This document shows positions 31,848 through 42,885 of a DNA stretch of 64,000 nt, in pieces. The notes beneath the pieces were generated by a model. It was not told the origin of the DNA. It made no database searches and saw nothing but the letters and a program-made list of their open reading frames with translations. This DNA is from a virus. Taxonomy: Duplodnaviria; Caudoviricetes. The DNA lies in IMG/VR virus record IMGVR_UViG_3300028048_000077, positions 32,001 to 96,000 of that record; one strand, given 5' to 3'. Numbering within the stretch: the stretch's first letter is position 1; every line of letters starts with the position of its first letter. Position numbers and translations under genes: made by a program.

Positions 31848-31849
31848 TA

Positions 31850-32551
31850 TTATAACCTCCCATTTATATCCATTAATAATGGAATATAACCATCAATCAT
31901 TTTATCCGTCAATTTATAATTGATTGGAATGAATATATTACCATATTCAGATAGTTTACCATGATTCTTCTTAATAGCATGAGCCAACATATTTCTAGTG
32001 TTCTCATCTACCATATTATTGAATCCACTAATCTGAACTGCGATATCATCAGATATCTTAACTCCATTACAATTCAAGAAATATGCTATACTCTTAGTCA
32101 TATCTTGAACCTTTACTGGATTAATGTGTCCTAACTGGCAGAATAATTGCATATGAATCTGAGAATAGTAAATCATATGAATGATATACTTAATAATCTG
32201 CTGATTCGCAACTTCTTTTCCATTTGTACCATAGAGTACTCCATTCTCATCTTGATTCTTACACCAATTTATGCACCAAGATCTGAGTCCTTCTATGGAT
32301 ATCCTTGAATCTGAAAATAAATTTAAGAATTTATCCATGTACGAATAAGATAGAAGGGCCTTTATTCCCATTAAGATTGCATATAATTCCCCTTCATTAT
32401 TTGTACTATTGTATAAAATTCGTTCTCCCCTATCTATGACTTCTCCATGATAGGTGAGTACATAGCCTGCACAACTACTCACGACCCCATCTGATCCTTT
32501 CGTTGTACTAGCATCTGTGAAACAATTTAGAGCATTGTAATACTCTATCAT
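31850..32551 (-). CDS. ribonuclease HI-like protein
   Basis: FTDAS, TNNEGELYAI, FSDS, GH..N..VD catalytic pattern. Confidence 0.88.
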   Translation of the reverse strand: MIEYYNALNCFTDASTTKGSDGVVSSCAGYVLTYHGEVIDRGERILYNSTNNEGELYAILMGIKALLSYSYMDKFLNLFSDSRISIEGLRSWCINWCKNQDENGVLYGTNGKEVANQQIIKYIIHMIYYSQIHMQLFCQLGHINPVKVQDMTKSIAYFLNCNGVKISDDIAVQISGFNNMVDENTRNMLAHAIKKNHGKLSEYGNIFIPINYKLTDKMIDGYIPLLMDINGRL

Positions 32552-32875
32552 ATTTTTACCTCCTTTCTAGTCTCATATATATAGTATATTTTTCTTTTTA
32601 TTTTTAAATATATCCAATTCAATATAGGACTTTTATCCTATAAAATTTTCAATTTTCCTGAGAGTATCTGAAACAATGGAATTAAAATTTTACTCCCCCT
32701 AAGACCCCTAGAGTAATTAATTAATTACTTCATTAGTAATAAGAACAAAGAAGATAGAAGAAGGAAGATAGAAGAATAGAAGATACTCTCTAACCTAAAA
32801 AGGTTAGAGAGATATATTGTGTTTACAATACAATAATATGCTTATATATTAATATATCATAAGGAGGATTTAAAA

Positions 32876-33511
32876 ATGAAATTACCAATCATGATAGATT
32901 TTGAAGGATTAGATTGTTCTTTTAAAGAAACCAATTCTAAGAGATTAGCATCTTTTTTAAACACTAAGAGATATGAATTTCCATATTATGCTTCAGAGAA
33001 CTCATATTTCATTAGGCAATACTTATCTGGTAAGTATAAAGATATAGATATTAATACTCCTATTATGATAGCATATCTAATGGAGATGTTTGATGAATGG
33101 AATACTAAAATTATTCCAGATATTAAAAATGGATTAGATGTTATAATTTTTGATAGATTTTGGTATTCTAATTACTACTATCAATGTAAAACTACTAGAG
33201 ATAGAATAGCTCTTCAGATTTTGGTAAATGAGCTTGGACTTCCAAAATGTGATATTATATTCAAGATGATGACTAATTTTGATATCACTATTAAAAAGAT
33301 TAGAGAGAAAAACGATAAAGATATTCTTGAATCTGATGAAGAAAAAATGAAAGAGGTTCATAGTAGATTTGAAACTTGTAAGTTTAATGGAGTTAATAAT
33401 GTAGAAGAAATATATACTTATAATGGTAATGAATTCAGATCTGAAGATGAAATTTTTGAAGATATAACTACAAGATATTTTGAAGTACATAAGACTTTAT
33501 TGGATAAATAA
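32876..33511 (+). CDS. tmk: thymidylate (dTMP) kinase
   Basis: FEGLDCSFKET P-loop variant, EFP, IFDRFWYS. Confidence 0.85.
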   Translation: MKLPIMIDFEGLDCSFKETNSKRLASFLNTKRYEFPYYASENSYFIRQYLSGKYKDIDINTPIMIAYLMEMFDEWNTKIIPDIKNGLDVIIFDRFWYSNYYYQCKTTRDRIALQILVNELGLPKCDIIFKMMTNFDITIKKIREKNDKDILESDEEKMKEVHSRFETCKFNGVNNVEEIYTYNGNEFRSEDEIFEDITTRYFEVHKTLLDK

Positions 33512-33534
33512 TATAATTTATATTAAAAGGAGGA

Positions 33535-34146
33535 GTGATCATGGCTAATAAAATCTTTACGTTTCTAAAGAAGTATTGGTCACATATATTATGTGTAATA
33601 CTTCTGATCATAGTCGGGTTGTTTGTATATAAGTGGTATAATGATACATATGTAAAGAAACCTGTTACATTTGAATCTCAAAAAGAAGCATCTACTCCAG
33701 AAGGAGTAGATAGAGCTGCTCAAAATGCACAAGTTTATATTAGTCCAACTCAATCTAAAGAGATAGCACATAAGATAGAATACATATATACTAATAATGT
33801 ACAACCAGAGTATATAGTTCCTACTACTGCTAAAGATGTGGAAAAGACTGCTAAAGAAGAAGAGAAAAAGAATAAAGCTGATTTTAGTATTGTGACTAAC
33901 CCAGATAAACCAGATGAACAGTTTGATTTTTCTAAGTATAAAGAGAATACTCCTATTAATTTGAATCAGTATAATATACATGCATATAAGAAAGTGATAC
34001 GTTCAGTTTCCTATGCTCCTACGGAGAAAATAGTGGGTGTTAGTATTCAGCAAAAAATAAATGATCATGGTACTTATATGGGTGTAGGAGTAGATTACGA
34101 TATAGATGATAAGAAAGTATATGGAAAAATAATTGTTAGTTGGTAA
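33535..34146 (+). CDS. membrane-anchored protein
   Basis: N-terminal TM helix; beta-strand-rich C-terminus ending in W. Confidence 0.65.
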   Translation: MIMANKIFTFLKKYWSHILCVILLIIVGLFVYKWYNDTYVKKPVTFESQKEASTPEGVDRAAQNAQVYISPTQSKEIAHKIEYIYTNNVQPEYIVPTTAKDVEKTAKEEEKKNKADFSIVTNPDKPDEQFDFSKYKENTPINLNQYNIHAYKKVIRSVSYAPTEKIVGVSIQQKINDHGTYMGVGVDYDIDDKKVYGKIIVSW

Positions 34147-34184
34147 AAAGAAAAGGGAGCCTTAAGATAGGCTCCCTTTTTCTT

Positions 34185-34481
34185 TTATCCAATTCTGAAT
34201 GATTTCACATCATCCAGATCTTTTAACAATTCATCTAATGGCTTTTTATTCAATCTGTTAGTACATATATATGCATTATAAGGATCTACATATATTGCAC
34301 CTCTATCATTTGTTCTAACAAACTGAACAATAAAATTCCCATAAAAATCATCATATTGGTTAGCTGGGTCATCCACATAATATTCCGGATGACGATACAT
34401 ATCATCATCCCGATCATATGTATAAACATTAATATTATTATATTTTGTTAAAAACTTTTCCATATTAATCGCCTCCTTCAA
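34185..34481 (-). CDS. hypothetical early protein
   Basis: Early-like motif 34513-34528; AAGGAGG before MEKFL. Confidence 0.65.
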   Translation of the reverse strand: MKEAINMEKFLTKYNNINVYTYDRDDDMYRHPEYYVDDPANQYDDFYGNFIVQFVRTNDRGAIYVDPYNAYICTNRLNKKPLDELLKDLDDVKSFRIG

Positions 34482-34585
34482 GCTGGGCTATGGAATACCC
34501 TTTCTTTTATTATCATATGTATAGTATATGTTTATTTTTTTTTATTTTTACAAAAACTTAAATGTAGTTATATGGAGGTGGAGAA

Positions 34586-35206
34586 ATGAAGAGTGTTCAT
34601 TCAATACCAGATCAATCATGTTTTTCGATTAAGATGCCAGATATTCCAGATGATATAAAATCTGGAATAGGTTTTATTGTGGATAAATCCTATAATTTTA
34701 ATTCTAATATAAAAGTATTACAAGATGTAGTTCTATCTGTAATATTCAATAATAGAAATGCTAGATATGCTGTTTATTCAGAATATGAAAGATGTACATT
34801 CTGGATAAGGAAATACTTATATGAAGATTTTAAGATTCCTAAAGAGAATATTAAATTTATTCCAAAGTATGAAGTTTCTAGTGATGATGAAATTTGTCCA
34901 TATTTTCATGGAAGTGTATCATTAAGAGAATACAAAGAAGTTATTGCTGCTTTTAAATTAAACTCTTTATATGTATTTACTGATAATCCTAAATCTGATA
35001 CTATAAGAGAATTAGTAAAATCTGCTCATATGTATCACTTTAAAATCTTTACAATAGACTGTGAAGGTAGTTTCATAGATTATGATAATCCAAATAACTC
35101 TACTAATGAATACTACTTCACTCAAGGAGGATATATTAATGAACCTGTTAAAACGCCTAAAGAACTTATTTTTAGATCAAAGCCTTCCAACGGAGGAAAT
35201 TATTAA
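34586..35206 (+). CDS. hypothetical protein
   Basis: 206 aa, GGAGG SD; overlaps the thyX start. Confidence 0.7.
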   Translation: MKSVHSIPDQSCFSIKMPDIPDDIKSGIGFIVDKSYNFNSNIKVLQDVVLSVIFNNRNARYAVYSEYERCTFWIRKYLYEDFKIPKENIKFIPKYEVSSDDEICPYFHGSVSLREYKEVIAAFKLNSLYVFTDNPKSDTIRELVKSAHMYHFKIFTIDCEGSFIDYDNPNNSTNEYYFTQGGYINEPVKTPKELIFRSKPSNGGNY

Positions 35207-36473
35207 TGGTGATGACCCTAAAGCTAGGTTCTTATCTCATAAAAAGTTTGAAGGTATTTCTTGTGAAATTATTGACCATTCAGACTCTACATATCTTGTA
35301 TCTACTGCATCTAGAATATGTGTAGGAATGGGACCAGTAGAAGAATATGATAAAAGAATTGCTCATTTATCTAAAATTATTAAGATGGGTCATGAATCTG
35401 TATTAGAACATACAAATATTATTATGATGCTTCATATTTCTCAGAGTGCTATGAATACAAAATGGCTCGCTGAATTATTAGCATCTTGTAAATATCTTGA
35501 TGTAAAAACCAATGAGTATAATGATACTACTCATATTCTTATTGGTGGTTCTATTAGAGGATATAAGCATCTTATTAAGTTTACTAAGGATGCTTTAAGA
35601 AATCATTATATCTTAAAAATTATAGATTCACTTTATTCTTCTGCTGAAGCTGTATTCTTTGAAGATATGATTGAAGCTGAAGTTATGGATAGAGATAAAT
35701 TTGCAGTATTGGATAATCCAAGAGCTACAAATATGAGATTTGATCCATATGCAGATGAAGATGAAGAATCTGCGATTAAGCTTGATCCTATAAGTAGAAC
35801 TAAGATTGAAACTCCTACAGCAACTATACTCGGTTCGGTTCAACCAAAGTATTCTGATATTATGAAATATGTATCTCAATATGGATTTACTGTAGATGAT
35901 GTATTAGATATAGTCAAAGTATCTGTTATTATACATGATATTTCTAGACCAATATCTATGCAAGTTATTCGTCATAGAAATGCTATTACTCAAGAATCTC
36001 AGAGATATGTAGATTATTCTAAAAAGGCATTTATTAATCCTCTTAAGTTTCATGATACTGATGAAATGCTAAATAAGAAGTTTAAGTTATCCTTATTTGG
36101 TACTAACTTTGAGCTCTCTGGACAAGAACTTGGAAACAGACTCTGTAAAATTTATCATCAATTAATTGAACAAGGTATGAAGAAACAGGATGCTAGATCA
36201 TTCTTACCTTCTAATGTATGTACTCGTCTAATTATGACGTTTACATATAAAAATCTTTTTCATTTCTTTAACATGAGATTGGATAAAGCTGCACAAGCTG
36301 AGATTCGTAATCTTGCAAATGATTTATTAAAAGCTTTTAATGAATATGATAAGGAAATTCTTAATACATATGATAGGAAAAATGTAGAAATTCCTTATTA
36401 TATCATAGAAGATAAAATGAGGGTATTATCTGATGCTGAAGTTGATGAAATACTCTCAGAAGAAGAAATCTAA
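35139..36473 (+). CDS. thyX: FAD-dependent thymidylate synthase, tandem-domain ThyX
   Basis: GHESVLEH, RHRNAITQESQRY, DARSFLP, AQAEIR; start after AAGGAGG. Confidence 0.9.
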   Translation: MNLLKRLKNLFLDQSLPTEEIINGDDPKARFLSHKKFEGISCEIIDHSDSTYLVSTASRICVGMGPVEEYDKRIAHLSKIIKMGHESVLEHTNIIMMLHISQSAMNTKWLAELLASCKYLDVKTNEYNDTTHILIGGSIRGYKHLIKFTKDALRNHYILKIIDSLYSSAEAVFFEDMIEAEVMDRDKFAVLDNPRATNMRFDPYADEDEESAIKLDPISRTKIETPTATILGSVQPKYSDIMKYVSQYGFTVDDVLDIVKVSVIIHDISRPISMQVIRHRNAITQESQRYVDYSKKAFINPLKFHDTDEMLNKKFKLSLFGTNFELSGQELGNRLCKIYHQLIEQGMKKQDARSFLPSNVCTRLIMTFTYKNLFHFFNMRLDKAAQAEIRNLANDLLKAFNEYDKEILNTYDRKNVEIPYYIIEDKMRVLSDAEVDEILSEEEI

Positions 36474-36498
36474 TTTATTATCAAAGGAGACTTTTATC

Positions 36499-36978
36499 AT
36501 GAACAACTGCATTATTTATTCCAAGAAGTTTGACACTCTGACTGATGGCTTTAATGAGCTGGTTAAGTATGTACCATCTGTTAAGGATTATATCGATATC
36601 TCTACTCTTGAGAATGTTACAGAGGAAGCAATTATCGATGTTCTGATTGCTAAGCTTAAGGAGAATATCTCTGTAACTACAAATCCTAATTTCCCTTTCA
36701 CTTATTCTTTCAAGTGTGATATGTATGGTGTTACATTTGATACAGATAAGCGTTTCTCTTTTGGCTGGAAGCCACGTCGTGATGAGAATGGTAATGTATT
36801 CTACATTATGCGTGCTCTGTTCCCTCTTCGCAAGGTGCAGTCTACTTCCGAGCATAATCTTATGAATGATGGTTGGAAAGATCGTATCCATAAGAAGGAA
36901 TTTGCTGGAAAACCAAATGGAAAGTTCAATAAGGAAAATACTGCTGTTGAAGAAAATGGAGTAGCAGAAGAGGCTTAA
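36499..36978 (+). CDS. hypothetical protein
   Basis: Start MNNCII after AAAGGAG. Confidence 0.75.
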   Translation: MNNCIIYSKKFDTLTDGFNELVKYVPSVKDYIDISTLENVTEEAIIDVLIAKLKENISVTTNPNFPFTYSFKCDMYGVTFDTDKRFSFGWKPRRDENGNVFYIMRALFPLRKVQSTSEHNLMNDGWKDRIHKKEFAGKPNGKFNKENTAVEENGVAEEA

Positions 36979-37003
36979 GAATCCTTAAAGGAGGAAGCAA
37001 TTA

Positions 37004-37423
37004 ATGGCTGAAGAAAAAGAAGTTCTTTGTAAAGAACTGCCATCTAAAGTGAATGAATTAGTATTGGCATTCCCAGGGGTATTTGGTGCATTGATGAATT
37101 ATCAGAATATGTCTCCAGAGTTCTTTGAATTTTTTAAGGAAACTATTGATAAACTTTCTGATTTAGGAATCATTATAATTGAGGATGATGAAAAAGATCC
37201 TAAGCGTAAATCTCTCCAGGTCAAAGTGTGTGAGGTTATTAATCAGGCTGAGGAACTCGACGTAATCATCAAAGATATTGATGAGCATATTAAGGCTGAA
37301 ATGGAAGAAGCTCGTAAGAGATTTGAACTCCAGACTGGCATTAAACAGGAAAAGAAAACCGAAAGTGGTATTGTTCTTCCTGGTTCTATGCCTTCTGGTC
37401 CAGCTCCTAAGATTATCGTTTAA
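37004..37423 (+). CDS. hypothetical protein ending in a KTESGIVLPG motif (GroES mobile-loop-like)
   Basis: 139 aa, AAAGGAGG SD. Confidence 0.65.
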   Translation: MAEEKEVLCKELPSKVNELVLAFPGVFGALMNYQNMSPEFFEFFKETIDKLSDLGIIIIEDDEKDPKRKSLQVKVCEVINQAEELDVIIKDIDEHIKAEMEEARKRFELQTGIKQEKKTESGIVLPGSMPSGPAPKIIV

Positions 37424-37506
37424 TAATTTCTCCCTCTACCGAAAGGTAGAGGGAGTTATTGTATACCAGTTCGACATTTCGATAATCATATAAAGGAGGA
37501 AGAGAT

Positions 37507-40500
37507 ATGGCTGTATTCTTAGATAATCTTAAATATATGAGATTATATAGAACTCAAATATATTTACCAGTAAAAATGGAATCTAGAAAAACTGGTAGTT
37601 TGATTTTCTTGCTTTCTAATAATCCAAATACTGCTTCATTATTGATGAATCATCCTAAAACTATTAACATCAATAGCTTTATAAGTTATTATGTAGAGAA
37701 GAATGTAAATCTCTATCTTAATGAAAGTACTAAGTATTGGGGATTAGAAGAGTCTATTTCTGCCAAAGAAAGAAGAGAAATTCCAGCGGATCAATTTGGT
37801 CTTCCAGAGGAAAGAAAGTATCCTTTGGATACTCCAGAACATGTTCGTTCTGCTATTAAACTCTTCGGTCATTGTGAAGAAGATAAGAAACATCAGCTTG
37901 CAGTTCGTATTATGAAAGCTGCTAAGAAATTTAATATAGAAATTAAAGAGGATACTGAGGTTTATAAGTATGCTCATATGAAATCTATTAAAGAAGAGAT
38001 GTTAGAGGAAGAAGTAAATTATGAATATAATTCTCCTTCTTTGATAACTCCAAATACAGGTAGTATTACTGAACAGTATATGACCTACAATGTAGATAAT
38101 CATACTTATAGAACTTTCTTTGATGAAGATATTGATTCTTTATTAGAAACTACAGATATGAAACTTAGAAAGATTTTATATGCTGGTAGAATCAAGAATA
38201 ATAAAGAACAGCTTCTTATCTATGATAAGATTAAAGGTATGCATCCTAATATCAAATATACTTATCTTACTTTGGATAAGTATAAAGCTAAGAATCTGTT
38301 TGTAGATACTTCTCATTATTTGAGTGATTTTGCTAATAAGAATACATATAAACTTGATATAGGATTAAATCTGTATGCTAAACTCTTATCTAAATTATTC
38401 AATGATAATAGATATATGCAGAATGGATATACTAAATTTACAATATTCGTTGATGTAGATGAAGTATATAAAGATGATGCTACATCTTATGATTTTAGAA
38501 AAGATATCAATATCTTATCTTTGATTAATAGATACTTAATTCTTAGAAAAGATTTGAAGTCTGTATTGCCACATGATATTGTATTCTTCTCTAAGAATGC
38601 ATATTTTAAAGTAAACGTAGCTGATCTTGATAAGACTAACCTTATTAAGTTCAAAATGTTTATAAAGAAGCTAAAAACTAATGATATCGATGACTCAGAG
38701 TACACAAATAAGGACTCTCAGGAAGTGCTTGTGACGAAATTTGCCGATAAGCTCGAAAAGAGGGGTATTTCCCTTGATAATCTCTCTAAAACGGAAAAAT
38801 TCGCAAATTGGTCAATTAAAAATATAGTTAACCCAGGAATGCATATTGATACTGATTCTAAGAAAAAAGAATTAGTAGAAAAAATTCATACTGCTGCTGA
38901 GAAGTCTTCTACTGAAGAAGAACTTGAAAAGAATATCGAAGATCAGAATACTGAAGATGAAGTAATGGATATCATTCAGGATCTTGAATCAGAAGATAGT
39001 GGAGTCAATGTATCAAAAGCAAGAGCTACTCGTATGAGTACTTTGAATCAGAAATTCAGAGGAAAGAAGTTCAATGGTAAAACCATTGCTGAATATCTGA
39101 ATACTGAGCAGAAAGATATTCCTAAGGATAATATTCCAATTGATAGTATCAATGAAGATTGGAAGGAAGTTCATTTTAGTAAGTTCAATGAAACTTATGA
39201 TTTGGATAATGATATTATCTCTATCTTCAATTCTATGACAGATAAGTCTGCTCCAATTGCAATATTGGATATAGATAAAGAAGATAAAGTAACATCTGAG
39301 GATTATCTTGAAACTTGGACTGTTAAGTTTGAAGATGTAGATGGTAAACGTCATACTATTAAACTTGATGTTCCTAAGTTCATTGATAATAGATTTATGA
39401 TGCTTAGAGGTAACTATAAGACTATTCAGGGTCAGCTTATGCTTCTTCCAGTAATTAAAACTGGTCCAGATACTTCTCAGATTGTATCTAACTATAATAA
39501 GATATTTATTCGTAGATATAACCCATCTAATGGTAGTAAAACTACTAGAAAGATGAGTATTCTTACTAAGATACTTGATAAGTATGATGGTAAAACTTTT
39601 AAAGTATCTATTGGTGATAATGATCTTATTTGTCAGAAGTATGAATTACCTATCGAATATCAAGATTTAGCTACATCATATTCAAGAATTGAGTTTAATG
39701 ATGGAAGCTTTATTTCATTTAATCTTGATGAGATGTATGAATTAAGAGATAAGACCAAATCGAGCTTTTCTATAGTAAGTAGTATTCCATTATATTATAA
39801 TGCTAAACTTAAGAAAGTTAGATCTGTTGATATGCATATAGCTCCAAATATCTTAAATATCTTAGAAGATCATGCAAGATCAAATGTTGATAAAGAATTA
39901 TTAGAGCTTATTGCAAATACTAAACCTTCTCAAAAGCTTTCTTATACTACAGCTAGTATTTTGAATACTGAGATTCCAGTAATTGTAGTTATGGCATTCT
40001 CTGAAGGATTGCAGAAATCTATGGAGAAAGCTCATATCACATATAAATTCAGTGAAACTAGACCACCAAAAGAAGATAAACGTCCATATATTAAATTCAA
40101 AGATGGATATCTCCAGTATGATGATACAGTAGATGCTTCTATTCTTATGAATGGATTACAATATGTAGATACTGGATTCTATTCTATTAAAGATATAAAT
40201 GAGAAAGATATGTGGATAGATGCATTGGATAACTTCGGTGGTAGAATTAAAGCAGATGGTTTGGATAACTTCTATGATCTTATGATTGATCCTATTACTA
40301 AAGAAATTTGTGAGTTATATAAACTTCCTACAGACTATGTATCTATACTTGCATATGCATCTGCATTATTAGTAGATACTAAGTATAATAAACATACTGA
40401 TATTACTGGTAATAGATATAGAACTAAGGAACTCATTGCAGGATATGTTTATAAAACTCTTGCTACTTCTTATGGTATTTATCAATCTACTAGAAAGAAG

Positions 40501-42108
40501 AATAAGAAATCATCTGAGTTTTCTATCAAACAATCTGCTGTAGTAGATGCTATACTAAAGGATCCAACTGCTAGTGATCTTAGTATTCTGAATCCATTAC
40601 TTGAGATTGAGGCTACAAATGCAGTTTCATTTAAGGGATTATCTGGTATGAACTCTGAACGAAGCTACTCACTTGATAAGCGTATTTATGATGAGAGTAT
40701 GCTTGGAGTTATTGGAACTTCTACAGGTTTTTCTGGTAATGTAGGTATTACTAGACAGGCTACTGTAGATTCTAGTATTGCTAATACTAGAGGATTCATT
40801 AAACAGAATAAGGGGGATAAACTTAATACTCTTAATATGCTTACTGCTACTGAGGCTATGACTCCATTCATGACTACTCATGATGATGCAATGCGTATAG
40901 CAATGGGTTATATTCAGACTTCTAAACATCAGATGAGAACTAAGAGATCTTCTCCTAACTTGGTTACTACTGGTATGGATGAAGCTATTCCATATATGAC
41001 TTCTAATTTCTTCTCATATAAATTTAGAGGAAAGAAAGGAAAAGTAATCTCTGTATCAGATAAGTTCATAGTATATGAAGATACTGAGACTAAAGAAAGA
41101 GGATTCGTAGATCTGGAAGAAAAGACTATGAAGAACTCTGATGGTGGTTTCTATGTAACTCTTAGACTTAAGCCAAATGTTAAGAAAGGTCAGATTCTTA
41201 ATAATAATGATATCTTAGCATATGATCCAACTTGTTATTCTAAACAGGTTGGAAATGAAGAAGGTAATGGAGTTTCTTATAATGTAGGAACTATGGCTAA
41301 GATTGCTATTATGACTACAGATGAAGCATTCAATGATTCTACTGTAATTACTAATACATTATCTGAATCCATGAGCTCTGATTATTGTGTAGAGAAAGCT
41401 AGATATCTTCCTAAGGATACAAATATCTATCATCTTGTACAAAAGGGAATGGAAATTCAAGAGGGTGAACCTCTTATGATATTCCAGAATGCATTTGAAG
41501 AGAAAGATGCTAATACATTATTAAATTCTATTACAGATGCAGATGTAGAAGCTGTAAGTGATCTTGGACGTATTCATGTTCGTAGTAAGCTTACTGGTGT
41601 AGTACAAGATATTAAAATATTCCGTACTTGTGAATTAGATGAACTTTCTCCTTCTTTAAGAAAACTCGTAACTACATATGAGAATAGAATTAAGAAAGAG
41701 AAGGCTGAACTTAAGAAAATGGGAGTACAGAATGTAGAAGGATTACTTGATCCAGACTACAAATTAGAGGCTCAGGGTAAACTTAAGGATTGTTTAGATG
41801 GAGTAAAGATATTTGTTTATATTAAGTGCCATGATAGTATGGGCGTAGGAGATAAACTTGTATTCTCAACAGCACTTAAAGGTGTAATCAAAACTGTTAT
41901 TCCAGAAGGACAAGAACCATATACAGACTTTAGACCTAATGAAAAAGTAGAAGCATTACTTACTACAGCAGGTGTAAATGCTCGAATGGTTGGTAGTATA
42001 ATTCTTAATGGTTTGATTAATAAGATTCTTATAGAAACTGATAGAAAGTGTAAAGAGAATCTTGGAATCAAATGGAAGAATCTATATGAAATAGAAGAGA
42101 ATCAATAA
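37507..42108 (+). CDS. RNA polymerase beta subunit (likely virion RNAP) with ~600 aa N-terminal extension
   Basis: LDVPKFIDNRFMMLRG..QGQL, NPLLEIE..SFKGLSG, HDDAMRIAMG, AFNDS, GDKL...KGVI, GVNARM; late-type promoter at 37473. Confidence 0.9.
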   Translation: MAVFLDNLKYMRLYRTQIYLPVKMESRKTGSLIFLLSNNPNTASLLMNHPKTININSFISYYVEKNVNLYLNESTKYWGLEESISAKERREIPADQFGLPEERKYPLDTPEHVRSAIKLFGHCEEDKKHQLAVRIMKAAKKFNIEIKEDTEVYKYAHMKSIKEEMLEEEVNYEYNSPSLITPNTGSITEQYMTYNVDNHTYRTFFDEDIDSLLETTDMKLRKILYAGRIKNNKEQLLIYDKIKGMHPNIKYTYLTLDKYKAKNLFVDTSHYLSDFANKNTYKLDIGLNLYAKLLSKLFNDNRYMQNGYTKFTIFVDVDEVYKDDATSYDFRKDINILSLINRYLILRKDLKSVLPHDIVFFSKNAYFKVNVADLDKTNLIKFKMFIKKLKTNDIDDSEYTNKDSQEVLVTKFADKLEKRGISLDNLSKTEKFANWSIKNIVNPGMHIDTDSKKKELVEKIHTAAEKSSTEEELEKNIEDQNTEDEVMDIIQDLESEDSGVNVSKARATRMSTLNQKFRGKKFNGKTIAEYLNTEQKDIPKDNIPIDSINEDWKEVHFSKFNETYDLDNDIISIFNSMTDKSAPIAILDIDKEDKVTSEDYLETWTVKFEDVDGKRHTIKLDVPKFIDNRFMMLRGNYKTIQGQLMLLPVIKTGPDTSQIVSNYNKIFIRRYNPSNGSKTTRKMSILTKILDKYDGKTFKVSIGDNDLICQKYELPIEYQDLATSYSRIEFNDGSFISFNLDEMYELRDKTKSSFSIVSSIPLYYNAKLKKVRSVDMHIAPNILNILEDHARSNVDKELLELIANTKPSQKLSYTTASILNTEIPVIVVMAFSEGLQKSMEKAHITYKFSETRPPKEDKRPYIKFKDGYLQYDDTVDASILMNGLQYVDTGFYSIKDINEKDMWIDALDNFGGRIKADGLDNFYDLMIDPITKEICELYKLPTDYVSILAYASALLVDTKYNKHTDITGNRYRTKELIAGYVYKTLATSYGIYQSTRKKNKKSSEFSIKQSAVVDAILKDPTASDLSILNPLLEIEATNAVSFKGLSGMNSERSYSLDKRIYDESMLGVIGTSTGFSGNVGITRQATVDSSIANTRGFIKQNKGDKLNTLNMLTATEAMTPFMTTHDDAMRIAMGYIQTSKHQMRTKRSSPNLVTTGMDEAIPYMTSNFFSYKFRGKKGKVISVSDKFIVYEDTETKERGFVDLEEKTMKNSDGGFYVTLRLKPNVKKGQILNNNDILAYDPTCYSKQVGNEEGNGVSYNVGTMAKIAIMTTDEAFNDSTVITNTLSESMSSDYCVEKARYLPKDTNIYHLVQKGMEIQEGEPLMIFQNAFEEKDANTLLNSITDADVEAVSDLGRIHVRSKLTGVVQDIKIFRTCELDELSPSLRKLVTTYENRIKKEKAELKKMGVQNVEGLLDPDYKLEAQGKLKDCLDGVKIFVYIKCHDSMGVGDKLVFSTALKGVIKTVIPEGQEPYTDFRPNEKVEALLTTAGVNARMVGSIILNGLINKILIETDRKCKENLGIKWKNLYEIEENQ

Positions 42109-42145
42109 AACTTTCCCCTACCCTTAATTGGGTAGGGGATATTTC

Positions 42146-42815
42146 TTATTTTATTCCATATAATTCATTATCACTTTCTAAAGTAATTCCTGGTCCTAAT
42201 TCATTCATAAATAATTTAGTATTATCTACTGTAAAATTTCCATCTATTAAACATTCATCTGCAAAGAATATATCTCCAACTGTATAATTGAAATTAAAAT
42301 CTCCAGCATTTCCATATAACCATCCATGAATCATCATTATATTATAAATATTATTTGAATTATTATATGAATATAAAAAATTTCCATCCAAATACCATTT
42401 ATATATATTATTATTACAAGTTACAGTTATATTATATATAATATTTGTTTTTATAGAAATATTAGTATTATAATGCAAATCACCAATATTTCCACTCCAA
42501 CCCCATATATACATAATACCATTATATATTCTTATTGCAAGTGTTCCATAATCAGAAAATTGTATCCAAAGTGTATCAACATATTGACCTACTCTATCTA
42601 CTAAAAATTTATAATTTAGTGTAAAATTAGTTACATTTCTGATATTAATATATTTATACGTTCCATCATTAAAATTATCTTTAGCTTTATAATATAAACC
42701 GTCTATATTTGAATTAAGAGGTTTAATATCATCATAGGGTTCGCTAAATTTTATGTAATCTCCCCCCCCCGATTACTACTTTTCCATTATTAACGAATAC
42801 TCTATCAAAAGTCAT
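42146..42815 (-). CDS. LamG/ConA-lectin-like virion protein, phase-variable, OFF state (G9 tract at 42762-42770)
   Basis: ATG at 42815 after AGGAGG (MTFDRVFVNNGKVVIGGG) stops 6 codons after G9; G8 or G11 gives a continuous ~222 aa frame; WYLDG; C-terminus LESDNELYGIK. Confidence 0.8.
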
Positions 42816-42885
42816 AATATATTCCTCCTATTATACTAATTACTTATTTGTAGCAAAAAAAAACAAAAGAGTAAGTAGAATAGGG

